The notes: generated by a model from the letters alone, not told the origin. A DNA stretch of 64,000 nt from Candidatus Poribacteria bacterium (GCA_965215265.1 OZ244048.1:3168001-3232000), one strand, 5' to 3'; positions 50,098 to 60,431 are shown, numbered from the stretch's first letter. Numbers and translations are program-made.

Positions 50098-51258
50098 ATG
50101 CAGAAGAAGGACATCCACGACTTTTTGTCCGAGATGTCTGTTTCGAACTTTTCCGATCGGAGCATACGCCGCTTATTAGAAAACAAGGAAAACGTCCGGG
50201 GCTTGTTAGAACTCGTTGCGGCAGAACTCGCAGCGTTGATTGATTTTGAGCATCTGGTTCTAATCAATAGGAGCCTGCTGCCCGCCACTCTCCGAGAACA
50301 AGAGGCAGACATTGTGTATCGGGTGCCCTTCAAAAGTGATGGTGATGAGGCTGGGGAGGAGCTGCTCATCTATCTACTGATTGAACATCAATCGACGGTG
50401 GATGCGACGATGGGATTTCGTGTGCTTTTCTACATGATGCTGATTTGGGACGCAGAGCGGCGGCGGTGGGCGGCCGAGAAGGTGCGGAGAAGAGAGCGTG
50501 TGTTGCCGCCGATTCTGCCCGTGGTGTTTTACACGGGGGAGCGGCGGTGGGAGAAGCCACTGACACTTGAGGCGCTGATGAATCTGCCGGTGGCGCTCTC
50601 TCGATTCGTTCCGAGATTTGACATCCTGTTTCTGAATCTGAAAGGCACAGACAAGGCGACGCTGACAGAGGCGGCGCATCCGTTCGGGTGGCTGATGAGA
50701 GTGCTTCAACAAGGAGATTCAGACAAAGCGTCTATAAGCCGTGCGTTACGAGAGACTTTGACGCAGCTGGAGACGCTTGATGCGGTGGATTCAGGGCAGC
50801 GTAGGGAAGCGATAATGTATCTGGTATCGCTGATTGTGCATCGGCGTTCAAAGGAAGAACAAGAAGAGTTGATAGAGTTGATAGACCGGCATACGAGTGA
50901 TATGGAGGTAGCACCTATGGCAGAGACAATGGCAGAATTCCTCTTCGAACGAGGCATAGCACAAGGGATGGAACGAGGCATAGCACAAGGGATGGAACGA
51001 GGCATTGAACAAGGCATAGAAAAAGGCATTGAACGAGGCATTGAACGAGGCATTGAACAAGGCATAGAAAAAGGGGCGTGCCAGACGGCTATCAAAAATA
51101 TAACCGCCGTCCTCAACGCGCGATTCCCAGGCTGTGACATAGAGACGGCGACACAGCAACTCGAAACGCTTTCTAACCTAGAACACCTCGAGCAATTGCT
51201 GCTGACAGCCGTCAAAGCCGACAGTTTTCAAGCCTTCCTACAGGCATTAGAACTATAG
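50098..51258 (+). CDS. Rpn/YhgA-like PD-(D/E)xK nuclease, copy 1
   Basis: EADIVY, LIEHQS and P.LPVVFYTG motifs; variable ERGI/EQGI repeats. Confidence 0.9.
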   Translation: MQKKDIHDFLSEMSVSNFSDRSIRRLLENKENVRGLLELVAAELAALIDFEHLVLINRSLLPATLREQEADIVYRVPFKSDGDEAGEELLIYLLIEHQSTVDATMGFRVLFYMMLIWDAERRRWAAEKVRRRERVLPPILPVVFYTGERRWEKPLTLEALMNLPVALSRFVPRFDILFLNLKGTDKATLTEAAHPFGWLMRVLQQGDSDKASISRALRETLTQLETLDAVDSGQRREAIMYLVSLIVHRRSKEEQEELIELIDRHTSDMEVAPMAETMAEFLFERGIAQGMERGIAQGMERGIEQGIEKGIERGIERGIEQGIEKGACQTAIKNITAVLNARFPGCDIETATQQLETLSNLEHLEQLLLTAVKADSFQAFLQALEL

Positions 51259-51378
51259 AAACGCACGCGCCGAACGCCATGGCCGGCACCGGGCTGCTCT
51301 TGTCAGGGTGTCAGGTAGGAACCCTAGTCGTTTTGAGAAGGGAAGCACTTGACAACTGATACGTTTTAGGAGCATAAT

Positions 51379-52491
51379 ATGCAGAAGAAGGACATCCACG
51401 ACTTTTTGTCCGAGATGTCTATTTCGAACTTTTCCGACCGGAGCATACGCCGCCTATTAGAAAACAAGGAAAACGTCCGGGGCTTGTTAGAAATCGTGTC
51501 GGCAGAACTCGCGGCGTTGATTGATTTTGCGCATCTGGTTCCAATGAATAGGAGTCTGCTGCCCGCCACTCTCCGAGAACAAGAGGCAGACATTGTATAT
51601 CGGGTGCCCTTCAAAAGTGATAGGGATGAGGGTGCGGCAGAGCTGCTCATCTATCTGCTGATTGAACATCAATCGACGGTAGATGCGACGATGGGATTTC
51701 GTGTGCTTTTCTACATGATGCTGATTTGGGACGCGGAGCGGCGGCGGTGGGCGGCCGAGAAGGTGCGGAGAAGAGAGCGTGTATTGCCGCCGATTCTGCC
51801 TGTGGTGTTTTACACGGGGAGCGGAGGGTGGAAAAAGCCTCTGACACTTGAGGCGATGATGAATCTGCCTGCGGCGCTCTCTAGATTCGTTCCGAGATTT
51901 GACATCCTGTTTCTGAATCTGACAGGCACAGACAAGGCGACGCTGACAGAGGCGGCGCATCCGTTCGGGTGGCTGATGAGAGTGCTGCAACAAGGAGATT
52001 CGGACAAAGCGTCTATAAGCCGTGCGTTACGAGAGACTTTGACGCAGTTGGCGACGCTTGATGCGGTGGATTCTGGGCAGCGTAGGGAAGCGATAATGTA
52101 TCTGGTATCGCTGATTGTGCATCGGCGTTCAAAGGAAGAACAGGAAGAGTTGATAGAGTTGATAGCCCGGCATACGAGTGATATGGAGGTAGCACCGATG
52201 GCAGAGACAATGGCCGAATTCCTCTTAGAACGAGGCATAGCACAAGGGATGGAACGAGGCATTGAACAAGGCATAGAAAAAGGGATGGAACGAGGCATAG
52301 AAAAAGGGGCGTGCCAGACGGCTATCAAAAATATAACCGCCGTCCTCAACGCGCGATTCCCTCATTGTGACATACACACTGCTACGCAGCAACTCGAAAC
52401 GCTTTCTGACCTAGAACACCTCGAGCAATTGCTGCTGACAGCCGTCAAAGCCGACAGTTTTCAAGCATTCCTACAGGCTTTAGAACTATAG
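51379..52491 (+). CDS. Rpn/YhgA-like PD-(D/E)xK nuclease, copy 2
   Basis: Near-identical to copy 1, with fewer repeats. Confidence 0.9.
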   Translation: MQKKDIHDFLSEMSISNFSDRSIRRLLENKENVRGLLEIVSAELAALIDFAHLVPMNRSLLPATLREQEADIVYRVPFKSDRDEGAAELLIYLLIEHQSTVDATMGFRVLFYMMLIWDAERRRWAAEKVRRRERVLPPILPVVFYTGSGGWKKPLTLEAMMNLPAALSRFVPRFDILFLNLTGTDKATLTEAAHPFGWLMRVLQQGDSDKASISRALRETLTQLATLDAVDSGQRREAIMYLVSLIVHRRSKEEQEELIELIARHTSDMEVAPMAETMAEFLLERGIAQGMERGIEQGIEKGMERGIEKGACQTAIKNITAVLNARFPHCDIHTATQQLETLSDLEHLEQLLLTAVKADSFQAFLQALEL

Positions 52492-52611
52492 AAACGCACG
52501 CGCCGAACGCCCTGGCCGGCGCCGGGCTGCTCTTGTCGGGGTGTCAGGTAGGAACCCTAGTCGTTTTGAGAAGGGAAGCACTTGCCACCTGCCACGTTTT
52601 AGGAGTCTAAT

Positions 52612-53736
52612 ATGCAGAAGAAGGACATCCACGACTTTTTGTCCGAGATGTCTGTTTCGAACTTTTCGGATCGGAGCATACGCCGTTTATTAGAAAACAA
52701 GGAAAACGTCCGGGGCTTGTTAGAAATCGTGTCGGCAGAACTCGCGGCGTTGATTGATTTTGAGCATTTGGTTCCAATGAATAGGAGTCTGCTGCCCGCC
52801 ACTCTCCGAGAACAAGAGGCAGACATTGTATATCGTGTGCCCTTCAAAAGTGATAGGGATGAGGGTGGTGAGGAGCTACTCATCTATCTGCTGATTGAAC
52901 ATCAATCGACGGTAGATGCGACGATGGGATTTCGTGTGCTTTTCTACATGATGCTGATTTGGGACGCAGAGCGGCGGCGGTGGGCGGCCGAGAAGGTGCC
53001 GAGAAGAGAGCGTGTGTTGCCGCCGATTCTGCCTGTGGTGTTTTACACGGGGGAGCGGCGGTGGGAAAAACCACTGACACTTGAGGCGCTGATGAATCTG
53101 CCCGCGGCGCTCTCTCGATTCGTTCCGAGATTTGACATCCTGTTTCTGAATCTGAACCGCACAGACAAGGCGACGCTGACAGAGGCGGCTCATCCGTTCG
53201 GGTGGCTGATGAGAGTGCTGCAACAAGGAGATTCGGACAAAGCGTCTATAAGCCGTGCGTTACGAGAGACTTTGACGCAGTTGGCGACACTTGATGCGGC
53301 GGATTCAGGGCAGCGTAGGGAAGCGATAATGTATCTGGTATCGCTGATTGTGCATCGGCGTTCAAAGGAAGAACAGGAAGAGTTGATAGAGCTGGTAGCC
53401 CGGCATACGAGTGATATGGAGGTAGCACCGATGGCAGAGACAATGGCCGAATTCCTCTTCGAACGAGGCATGGCACAAGGCATAGAACGAGGCATAGAAC
53501 AAGGCATAGAACGAGGCATAGAACAAGGGAGAGAAGAAGGGAGAGAACAGGGGGCGTGCCAGACGGCTATCAAAAATATAACCGCCGTCCTCAACGCGCG
53601 ATTCCCTCATTGTGACATACACACTGCCACGCAGAAACTCGAAACGCTTTCTAACCTCGAACACCTCGAGCAATTGCTGCTGACAGCCGTCAAAGCCGAC
53701 AGTTTTCAAGCATTCCTACAGGCTTTAGAACTATAG
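52612..53736 (+). CDS. Rpn/YhgA-like PD-(D/E)xK nuclease, copy 3
   Basis: Near-identical to copies 1 and 2. Confidence 0.9.
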   Translation: MQKKDIHDFLSEMSVSNFSDRSIRRLLENKENVRGLLEIVSAELAALIDFEHLVPMNRSLLPATLREQEADIVYRVPFKSDRDEGGEELLIYLLIEHQSTVDATMGFRVLFYMMLIWDAERRRWAAEKVPRRERVLPPILPVVFYTGERRWEKPLTLEALMNLPAALSRFVPRFDILFLNLNRTDKATLTEAAHPFGWLMRVLQQGDSDKASISRALRETLTQLATLDAADSGQRREAIMYLVSLIVHRRSKEEQEELIELVARHTSDMEVAPMAETMAEFLFERGMAQGIERGIEQGIERGIEQGREEGREQGACQTAIKNITAVLNARFPHCDIHTATQKLETLSNLEHLEQLLLTAVKADSFQAFLQALEL

Positions 53737-53764
53737 AAACGCACGCGCCGGACGGTGGACGGTG

Positions 53765-53797
53765 GACGAGGGTGCCAGTGGCACCCTCGTCTGCTTT
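53765..53797 (+). terminator. Strong hairpin after the Rpn array
   Basis: GACGAGGGTGCCA-G-TGGCACCCTCGTC followed by TGCTTT. Confidence 0.65.
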
Positions 53798-54078
53798 CAC
53801 TGATAGAAAGAGAAGAATCTATGACTATTCTGGACAAAACCTCCATCACACCTAAGTTCCTTTTCACAAAGGCACCTGCTAAGCCGCAGAGACAATTGAT
53901 GTCCTTGTTCGTAACAATGCACCTGACATTTCTAAAATCTTTTTATTACTTGTCTGTTTTTGGGTTTCTTAACCGGATGTGATCGGTGTGTGCTAACCTC
54001 TGCTTGAGAAAACGCTTGATAGAATTCCCGAAGGATGATATTTTTTGATACAAATTCCATTCAAGAGGCAAAGAACCG

Positions 54079-55173
54079 ATGAGTATCAGTATCGGGATGG
54101 TCGGCTTGGGGATGTTCGGGCCGTCGTTCATAAAATCGTTTAAGGAGCATCCGGATGTGCATCGCCTCGCCTTGTGTGATTTACATGCGGATAGATTGTC
54201 AAAGTGGGCGAAACAGTTTCACATCGCGGAGACATATCCGGGTCTTGATGCTATCTGTCAATCAGATTTAGATGCAGTGGTCATCATCACTCAACATTGG
54301 ATGCATGCACCACAAGCAATTCAGGCGATGGAAGCCGGCAAACATGTGTATACCGCTGTTCCGGCTGCTGTTTCCCTGGATGAGTGCGAGGGACTGGTAC
54401 GCACTGTTGAAAGGACCGGGATGATTTACATGAATGGCGAGACGAGTTATTTCCGTCCGGAGGCGGCTTTCTGTCGTGAGAAAGCCGCAGAGGGTGCGTT
54501 CGGCGAATTTGTCCACTGCCGTGCTGAGTATTTTCACGACATCAGCCACGGGCTCTACGATGTCGCAAAAAATCGATGGGGTGAGCAGTGGAGCCGTGAC
54601 AAGAGCGGTGGAATTCCGATGTACTATCCGACGCATTCTACGTGTTTTCCGATCTCAGTGATGAACGCTCACGCTACCTCTGTCTCTGCGCAAGGGTACG
54701 TCTACCCGAACGATGACTGGTTTCGAGAGGATACGATTCACAAAAATCCGTTCTCCAATGAAGTTGGACTGTTTACGATGAGCAACGGTGCCACGATGCA
54801 GATCTGTGAGTTCCGCCGGGTCGGGCACCCTGGATGTGAGCGCCTGAGCGGTATTTACGGCACAGCCGGAAGTTTCGAGCAAAACCTCGCTGGAGCCGTT
54901 TGGGCAGATAAACACGGAAAACAGACCGTCCATCCTTCAAGGGAGCATGAATATCTGCCGGAGGCATTGGCTGCTGATTTGGGGGGCCACGGTGGTTCAC
55001 ACGCCTATCTGGTGCATGAATTTGTGGATGCGGTGAATCGGCAGCGATTGCCACGCATCAATGTGTGGGAAGCAGTTAGGTACTGTGCGCCGGGGCTTGT
55101 CGCGCATGAATCTGCCGTCCGGGATGGAGAATTGCTGCCTGTTCCGGATTGGGGCGATGCGCCTTCGGATTAG
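54079..55173 (+). CDS. Gfo/Idh/MocA oxidoreductase
   Basis: GMVGLGMFG, GKHVY..VP, YPTHS and GHGGSH. Confidence 0.88.
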   Translation: MSISIGMVGLGMFGPSFIKSFKEHPDVHRLALCDLHADRLSKWAKQFHIAETYPGLDAICQSDLDAVVIITQHWMHAPQAIQAMEAGKHVYTAVPAAVSLDECEGLVRTVERTGMIYMNGETSYFRPEAAFCREKAAEGAFGEFVHCRAEYFHDISHGLYDVAKNRWGEQWSRDKSGGIPMYYPTHSTCFPISVMNAHATSVSAQGYVYPNDDWFREDTIHKNPFSNEVGLFTMSNGATMQICEFRRVGHPGCERLSGIYGTAGSFEQNLAGAVWADKHGKQTVHPSREHEYLPEALAADLGGHGGSHAYLVHEFVDAVNRQRLPRINVWEAVRYCAPGLVAHESAVRDGELLPVPDWGDAPSD

Positions 55174-56348
55174 AAGGCTGCTTCAAGCAAGCGTGCCATA
55201 TCTTCTTCTGTACAGGAACGCGGGTTGAACTTGTAACAGTGATCGAGCATGGCATCGGCTGCGAGTTTGGGAATGCGTTCGTGCGCCAGACCGGCTGTCT
55301 GGAGCCCGCTCGGTATTTCTAATTCCGCGTTCAGTTCTCGGATCTCATCAATCGCAGCACATGCCGCTTCACCGGGAGACATGCTTGTCGTGTTGACACC
55401 TAATGCTTTGGCGATTTCTGCGTATCCATCAATTGCATGAGGCAGGTTAAATTCCATGACGTGTGGCAACAGTATCGCGTTCGCCATGCCGTGCGGGATG
55501 GGTGCTTCTGTGGATAGCTGATGTGCGAGCGAATGAACGGCCCCGAGCCCTTTTTGAAATGAAAACGCGGCCATACAGGCTCCGAGCAACATCTCGTTTC
55601 GCGCTGTAATATCATCGCCCTGATGATACGCTTTTCGGATATTCGCGGCTAACATTTTCAGTGCCTGTAGTGCGACACCTTCTGCTATCGGGTGATATTT
55701 GGTTGCCACGTACGCCTCAATACCGTGCGTTATCGCGTCCATTCCAGTTGCAGCGGTGAGCGCGGGGGGCATTCCAACCGTCAATTCGGCATCTAGTACA
55801 GCGATGTCTGCCATATTGAAGGGTGTAACGATTGCGCGTTTGCGCCACCGATTCGTGGTCTGTCCGGAGGTGTCAGTGATAACGGTGCCTTGCGAAACTT
55901 CGCTGCCGGTTCCAGCGGTGGTAGGCACACAAATGAGGGGTGGCATGTCGGCGCGGATCCGTTCGAACCCGCCGGAATCAACGTAGTAAGGCTCTAAAGG
56001 CGGCGGGTGAGTTGTGAGGAGGCGGATAGCTTTTGCGGCATCCATAACGCTCCCGCCGCCGATAGCGATGACGACATCACATTTTTCTGCGGTGCAAATT
56101 TCCACCCCTCGTACAATACTGGTATCTGTGGGATTGGGTTCGATTTCGGTATAGCAGGCGTGGGCAAGTTTAGCGGCTTCCAAGGCTGCGAGTCCGCGAG
56201 CGAGTAGTCCTGCGTTGACGATACCGGCATCACTGACAACGAGCGGTTTTTTGCCCCCGAGATGCGTAACATGGGCACCCAGGTTTTTGATGGTACCGCT
56301 CCCACATTCAATACGTGGCGGTAAAAAATAGTTCAACTGTGCTTGCAT
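55170..56348 (-). CDS. Iron-containing alcohol dehydrogenase
   Basis: GGGSVMD.AK, PTTAGTGSE, DAITHGIE, HSLAH and HG.ANA. Confidence 0.93.
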   Translation of the reverse strand: MQAQLNYFLPPRIECGSGTIKNLGAHVTHLGGKKPLVVSDAGIVNAGLLARGLAALEAAKLAHACYTEIEPNPTDTSIVRGVEICTAEKCDVVIAIGGGSVMDAAKAIRLLTTHPPPLEPYYVDSGGFERIRADMPPLICVPTTAGTGSEVSQGTVITDTSGQTTNRWRKRAIVTPFNMADIAVLDAELTVGMPPALTAATGMDAITHGIEAYVATKYHPIAEGVALQALKMLAANIRKAYHQGDDITARNEMLLGACMAAFSFQKGLGAVHSLAHQLSTEAPIPHGMANAILLPHVMEFNLPHAIDGYAEIAKALGVNTTSMSPGEAACAAIDEIRELNAELEIPSGLQTAGLAHERIPKLAADAMLDHCYKFNPRSCTEEDMARLLEAAF

Positions 56349-56430
56349 AGAAATCCCCTGATGTATGTGTGCTATAAACGCCTTAAGCGGAACTGATAGG
56401 TCTATGTTTTAACGGATGTAAGTGCTCTGT

Positions 56431-58389
56431 TTAATCCCAGCCTTGCTGTATCTCTGCAACTAATGCATTTAAATGCACGTGTCGAAAAAATTCAGATAAA
56501 CGTCTCCGTTTGAGGACTTTCGGCAGTAGAGTGAAGTACTGGTAAGGTTTCTCAGCGAGTTCGAGCACGTTTCGATAGGCTTTACTGGTTGCGTAGCCGA
56601 CTGTTAATTCGTATTTTTGTCCATGTTTTTTGAGGTAGTCAACGAGGCGCGTTGCACAGAGTTCTATTTGTGTTGTGTTTTGTGCGGCGAGTTGAAAATC
56701 GTATCGAAGAATAGCCTCTTCTTCCTCAAATTCTTCAGGGATGGGTCCATAGAGTCCGGACAACGTGACTTTGTGAATTCGGTGATGCTTGTCTGGAAAT
56801 GCTTCTTTCAGTTTTTTCGCTATGATAGTGTGGGTTCGTGAGAGTGAGTATGGTTTTTTTCCTGCACACGGAATGACGAGAAGAATCTCTTTCTGTGTTG
56901 GCGGCTGATATTCCGCAGGGACCTGAAAATCATCTGGCGTATAAGAGAGAGAGATGGTGCGCGTTTCGGCTTCCTGGAGGAGCGTGTTGGAATTTTCTGA
57001 GTTCTCGTAATTGAGCGGGAAAAGTTCCAATTGATTTGGGTTTTTGGCGTTTTTTTCTGCGACAGCCGGCATCTGCATTAATGTGCGGTTTAAACGGATG
57101 CCCAATTCAATATCTTGTGCAGAGAGCCAGTCTATGACATTCCGGATTCTGTTGTTGCGTTGGTATTTTTTGAAATGCCGTGTTAAGGCTTCTTGTGCGT
57201 CATCAGCCAGGATTGCCTCGCGCATTTCTGCGAGCATTTCGGTTTCCATCTCAAAATTGTGAAGTGCTATAACTGCATAGTACTCGCTTTTAAATTTGCC
57301 GGTTGAGGTGGGTTGATAACTTTTCTCATCCATGAAAGCTTGTTGTATCTCTTCAAGTGGCGTTGCTTGGCAAATGCGGCAATCACAGACATAGGTGTCC
57401 ATCTCTAGGATTTTCAATTTCTGGTGGTCCTGTGGGTGTAAATAGGAAAGTCCGCGTGATGCTTGGACGTAGGAAGAGCTGTCAAAACTATCAACGCCCA
57501 TATATGCTAAGATAGGTGTCAAGATGCCGGAGACGCCGAAGGCGTGAATCGGTGTATTATCTCGTCGTGTAGTTGGAATTGTGTTAAGGACGGCCTTGAA
57601 GAGTTGCATGATTGCGGTATCATTTTTCCCGCGCAACGGGACGAGGGAGCCGACGGCGAGTCCGAAGGAAGGTAAGATGTCGCCGAGTTGTTCAAAAACT
57701 TTATTCACATAAGCTTGTATATCGTTTCCGGATTGCCCATGACAGCAGGCGTAGAGGTATGGCATGTCCTCTTTTTGGCTGATTCGTTCGGCGGCTTGAC
57801 GGGCGTTAGCGAGACTTTTTGCCATTCTGAGTTCGGCCTCATCGCGTGCTAAGTTGGGTGGGATAGGATAGTCAAGGGATGCGACAATATCGCCATCAAA
57901 ATCTAATTGCATAGAGAGAATATCATCTGCTTCTGTCTCGGGTTGAATACCGTAGGCGGATAAATCTAAGCTAGTGTTGTAAAGCAGTTTGAAACCGCCG
58001 GAATCTAAGAAGAGCGTGCCGTTGTAGTCGCCATTGATTTCGCGGTAATGCTCGCGCATCGGTTTTTGTCGCCAACGTTCGAGATATTTGGCGGTGAAGT
58101 TAAAATCGAGAAAGTGTAAAACCTGTGACAACGCCGGCGTATCGTGTTTCATCAGATCGCGTAGAATGTATTTCCATACACCTCCGCCACGTGCACTGGT
58201 TCCAGTGAGGAAGTTGATAACAGGATAGAGCAGCGGTGTAGTTATTTTTCGATTTGCCGCCCTAAATTGCAATTCGCCAATTCGTCCATGCTGTGTAGAA
58301 ACGACGGTTTGGTAGATAGTGGGCTTTTTATGAGCACGGAGCTCCGGTTGTGTTTGCATAGTCAATGTTGTAATCTCATTTCTTTTCAA
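56431..58389 (-). CDS. tRNA-guanine transglycosylase-family protein with a C-terminal DUF5591/ArcS-like domain
   Basis: FLDSGGF, SLD.P, IHAFG, GVDSFDS and CDCRIC...HN (Zn); C-terminal IPCAGKKPYS.S.TH and LYGPIPEE.E...YD. Confidence 0.8.
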   Translation of the reverse strand: MKRNEITTLTMQTQPELRAHKKPTIYQTVVSTQHGRIGELQFRAANRKITTPLLYPVINFLTGTSARGGGVWKYILRDLMKHDTPALSQVLHFLDFNFTAKYLERWRQKPMREHYREINGDYNGTLFLDSGGFKLLYNTSLDLSAYGIQPETEADDILSMQLDFDGDIVASLDYPIPPNLARDEAELRMAKSLANARQAAERISQKEDMPYLYACCHGQSGNDIQAYVNKVFEQLGDILPSFGLAVGSLVPLRGKNDTAIMQLFKAVLNTIPTTRRDNTPIHAFGVSGILTPILAYMGVDSFDSSSYVQASRGLSYLHPQDHQKLKILEMDTYVCDCRICQATPLEEIQQAFMDEKSYQPTSTGKFKSEYYAVIALHNFEMETEMLAEMREAILADDAQEALTRHFKKYQRNNRIRNVIDWLSAQDIELGIRLNRTLMQMPAVAEKNAKNPNQLELFPLNYENSENSNTLLQEAETRTISLSYTPDDFQVPAEYQPPTQKEILLVIPCAGKKPYSLSRTHTIIAKKLKEAFPDKHHRIHKVTLSGLYGPIPEEFEEEEAILRYDFQLAAQNTTQIELCATRLVDYLKKHGQKYELTVGYATSKAYRNVLELAEKPYQYFTLLPKVLKRRRLSEFFRHVHLNALVAEIQQGWD

Positions 58390-58483
58390 GGATATAAACT
58401 TCTATCATATCACAAATCGAATTTTCTGACAACCCGGGCGGTGATTTTTGTGTTTTGCAGCAGCACGTCGGATCAATTTTCAG

Positions 58484-59053
58484 TCATAATGCGCTAAAAA
58501 TGAGATAGGCAACTAACGAAATACTGTTTACTACAACTAAGCTCCATTTTCCGATACGAGATTGTAGTCTCTGAAAGAGATAGATTGATACTGCAAGTGT
58601 AACGCATATTTCAATGGGTCTGACAATATGTCCATAATGTGCCGCATCCCAATAGGAGACAGGACTTTCAAAAGCGAAGTCGGAGAGGGGAAAGAAGTGG
58701 TGGTGGGCATCGTCGTTGTGAAGGAAAAAGTCGAAAAGGCTGTGCAGCAGTAAGCTCCAGCCTAAAATCGTTGCAGATTCGGATTTCACGAGATAACGGC
58801 AGAGCGCTAAGAAAACAAGAGTAATTGGAATGGAGTTGAAAAGGTCAAAGAAATTCTGCCATGTCTTTATGAAATATCGTTCGGACCAGAGTTCTTGTTG
58901 GGGTGTTTGGAGGATAAAAGTTTCCACGGCGAAGAAGATGAACATAGGTAAGTCGGGAAGCACTGCGCCAATCAAGGCATAGCGGTGAAGCTCAGGTTTC
59001 CCTGGACGCGAGAGCATCGCGATGTTAATGATGGCATGGGATTGGGTTGTCAT
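58484..59053 (-). CDS. Membrane-bound metal-dependent hydrolase-like protein
   Basis: T.SH, GAVLPD, H...D...H.DD.H.HFFP. Confidence 0.7.
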   Translation of the reverse strand: MTTQSHAIINIAMLSRPGKPELHRYALIGAVLPDLPMFIFFAVETFILQTPQQELWSERYFIKTWQNFFDLFNSIPITLVFLALCRYLVKSESATILGWSLLLHSLFDFFLHNDDAHHHFFPLSDFAFESPVSYWDAAHYGHIVRPIEICVTLAVSIYLFQRLQSRIGKWSLVVVNSISLVAYLIFSAL

Positions 59054-59093
59054 AGCGAGTAATTTTGGGGTAATGCAGGATAGCTATAGACAC

Positions 59094-60431
59094 TTATCCG
59101 AATACCCATACCTCTCCGGTAAAGGGAGGAAAGAGACAATCCAGTAGCACTGCTGCGGTGTCGTGTGCCCAACAATCAACGAACTGTGATGTTAGTTCTT
59201 CTGTGCGTCGTCGTCCGCAGAGTAGCTGCAAAAAGGTAAGTTCTGGGAACGCGGCATCCCCCGCTTCAACGGAATCCGACTCCCAGTTGGAGAGCTCGCT
59301 TATTTTTCCTCGGTTAAACTTAATGTGTAATCCGCTCCGGTAGAAGTTAAGTTTGAGCTGGCCGCTGTAGCCCTCCGCTACTGTGCCAACGAGGTGTTTT
59401 TCAAGTGCCGGCTGGATGTGCCGCAAAAACGCGATGAGAGTAGGGATGCGAATAAACAGGGCATACGGCTCTTCCTGTCGGACAATGCCTTTGGGTAAGC
59501 AGGAATAGACTGGATGCTCACGTCCCAACATGAGCTGGAGCCCTTTCGCTTTTCCATCTTTACCCTTCTCATCTGCTTGTAATAACCACAAGGCTCTTAA
59601 TAGAGAGGGCGTGAGGTGTAGATAACCGACACCGGATTTGAGTTCAAGTTGTGTGATAATTAAATTATCGTCCTCGAGGCGCGGCATATACTGGACATAA
59701 CCTAGCGGTGTTCCTGCCGCATCCTCTATAATCCCCCATGCGAACCGCGACTGACTTCCTTCTGAACGCCCAGTGAATTCATAGTTCCACATTGCAGATG
59801 TGCGGGGACACGCAAAAACGTGGCGACGCATCATACCTTCGTATAAGTTTTGAATGAAGTTGGTATCATCAGTTGCTTGAGCGCGAAGGCGACAACTTTC
59901 GACATCACTTTTTCGCAGTGTCTGAATGTTCGGAATGTGCCGTGCGTCAATAACCCTTTCGCCTTCTATATCCATTGCCATTTCGTAACCAAACTGGCGG
60001 TAATACCACGGAATGCCCGTGATACCCTGCATCAATTCACCCCGGCTCTCACTGAGGGCATGGATGACTTCGAACTGCTTTCGCACCAGCCCGCGTCTAC
60101 GGTAAGCTGCATCTGTGGCTACAAATTCCGGTCTCCCGAATTTGAAAGGGATGCCACTGTAGCTCCACGTCTGCGAAATCAAGCATGCGGATGAAACAAT
60201 CTTTCCGCTTTGTGTCTCTTCAACAACGGTGAAATCGTTCGCCTTGCATGTAGGGTGCTGTCCTGACATCAAATCACGGACTGCGGGGCCGGTATCCATA
60301 GTTTCGTGTAAGCGGAGATTGAAGTCGACGAGTTCGGCCGTATCTTCAACCGTAGCAAATCGGAGCGTGAGGTTGTCACCCAAATCGAGCGGCATTTGTG
60401 TGAGATTGAGAGTTGTAGTATTTTGGGACAT
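59094..60431 (-). CDS. GNAT (Eis-like) acetyltransferase
   Basis: VATD.AYRRRGLVR and GIPWYYRQFGYE. Confidence 0.85.
   Translation of the reverse strand: MSQNTTTLNLTQMPLDLGDNLTLRFATVEDTAELVDFNLRLHETMDTGPAVRDLMSGQHPTCKANDFTVVEETQSGKIVSSACLISQTWSYSGIPFKFGRPEFVATDAAYRRRGLVRKQFEVIHALSESRGELMQGITGIPWYYRQFGYEMAMDIEGERVIDARHIPNIQTLRKSDVESCRLRAQATDDTNFIQNLYEGMMRRHVFACPRTSAMWNYEFTGRSEGSQSRFAWGIIEDAAGTPLGYVQYMPRLEDDNLIITQLELKSGVGYLHLTPSLLRALWLLQADEKGKDGKAKGLQLMLGREHPVYSCLPKGIVRQEEPYALFIRIPTLIAFLRHIQPALEKHLVGTVAEGYSGQLKLNFYRSGLHIKFNRGKISELSNWESDSVEAGDAAFPELTFLQLLCGRRRTEELTSQFVDCWAHDTAAVLLDCLFPPFTGEVWVFG

Larger units (their letters stand above)
50044..53750 (+). repeat. Tandem triplication of a ~1.25-kb Rpn unit
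   Basis: Unit starts (TAGTCGTTTTGAGAAGGGAAGCACTTG) at about 50044, 51325 and 52558; spacing 1281 and 1233 bp. Confidence 0.95.

Noticed and set aside
50044-53750. Rpn copies as active IS elements
   Set aside because: No terminal inverted repeats or target-site duplications seen; Rpn/YhgA proteins are PD-(D/E)xK nucleases, not demonstrated transposases.
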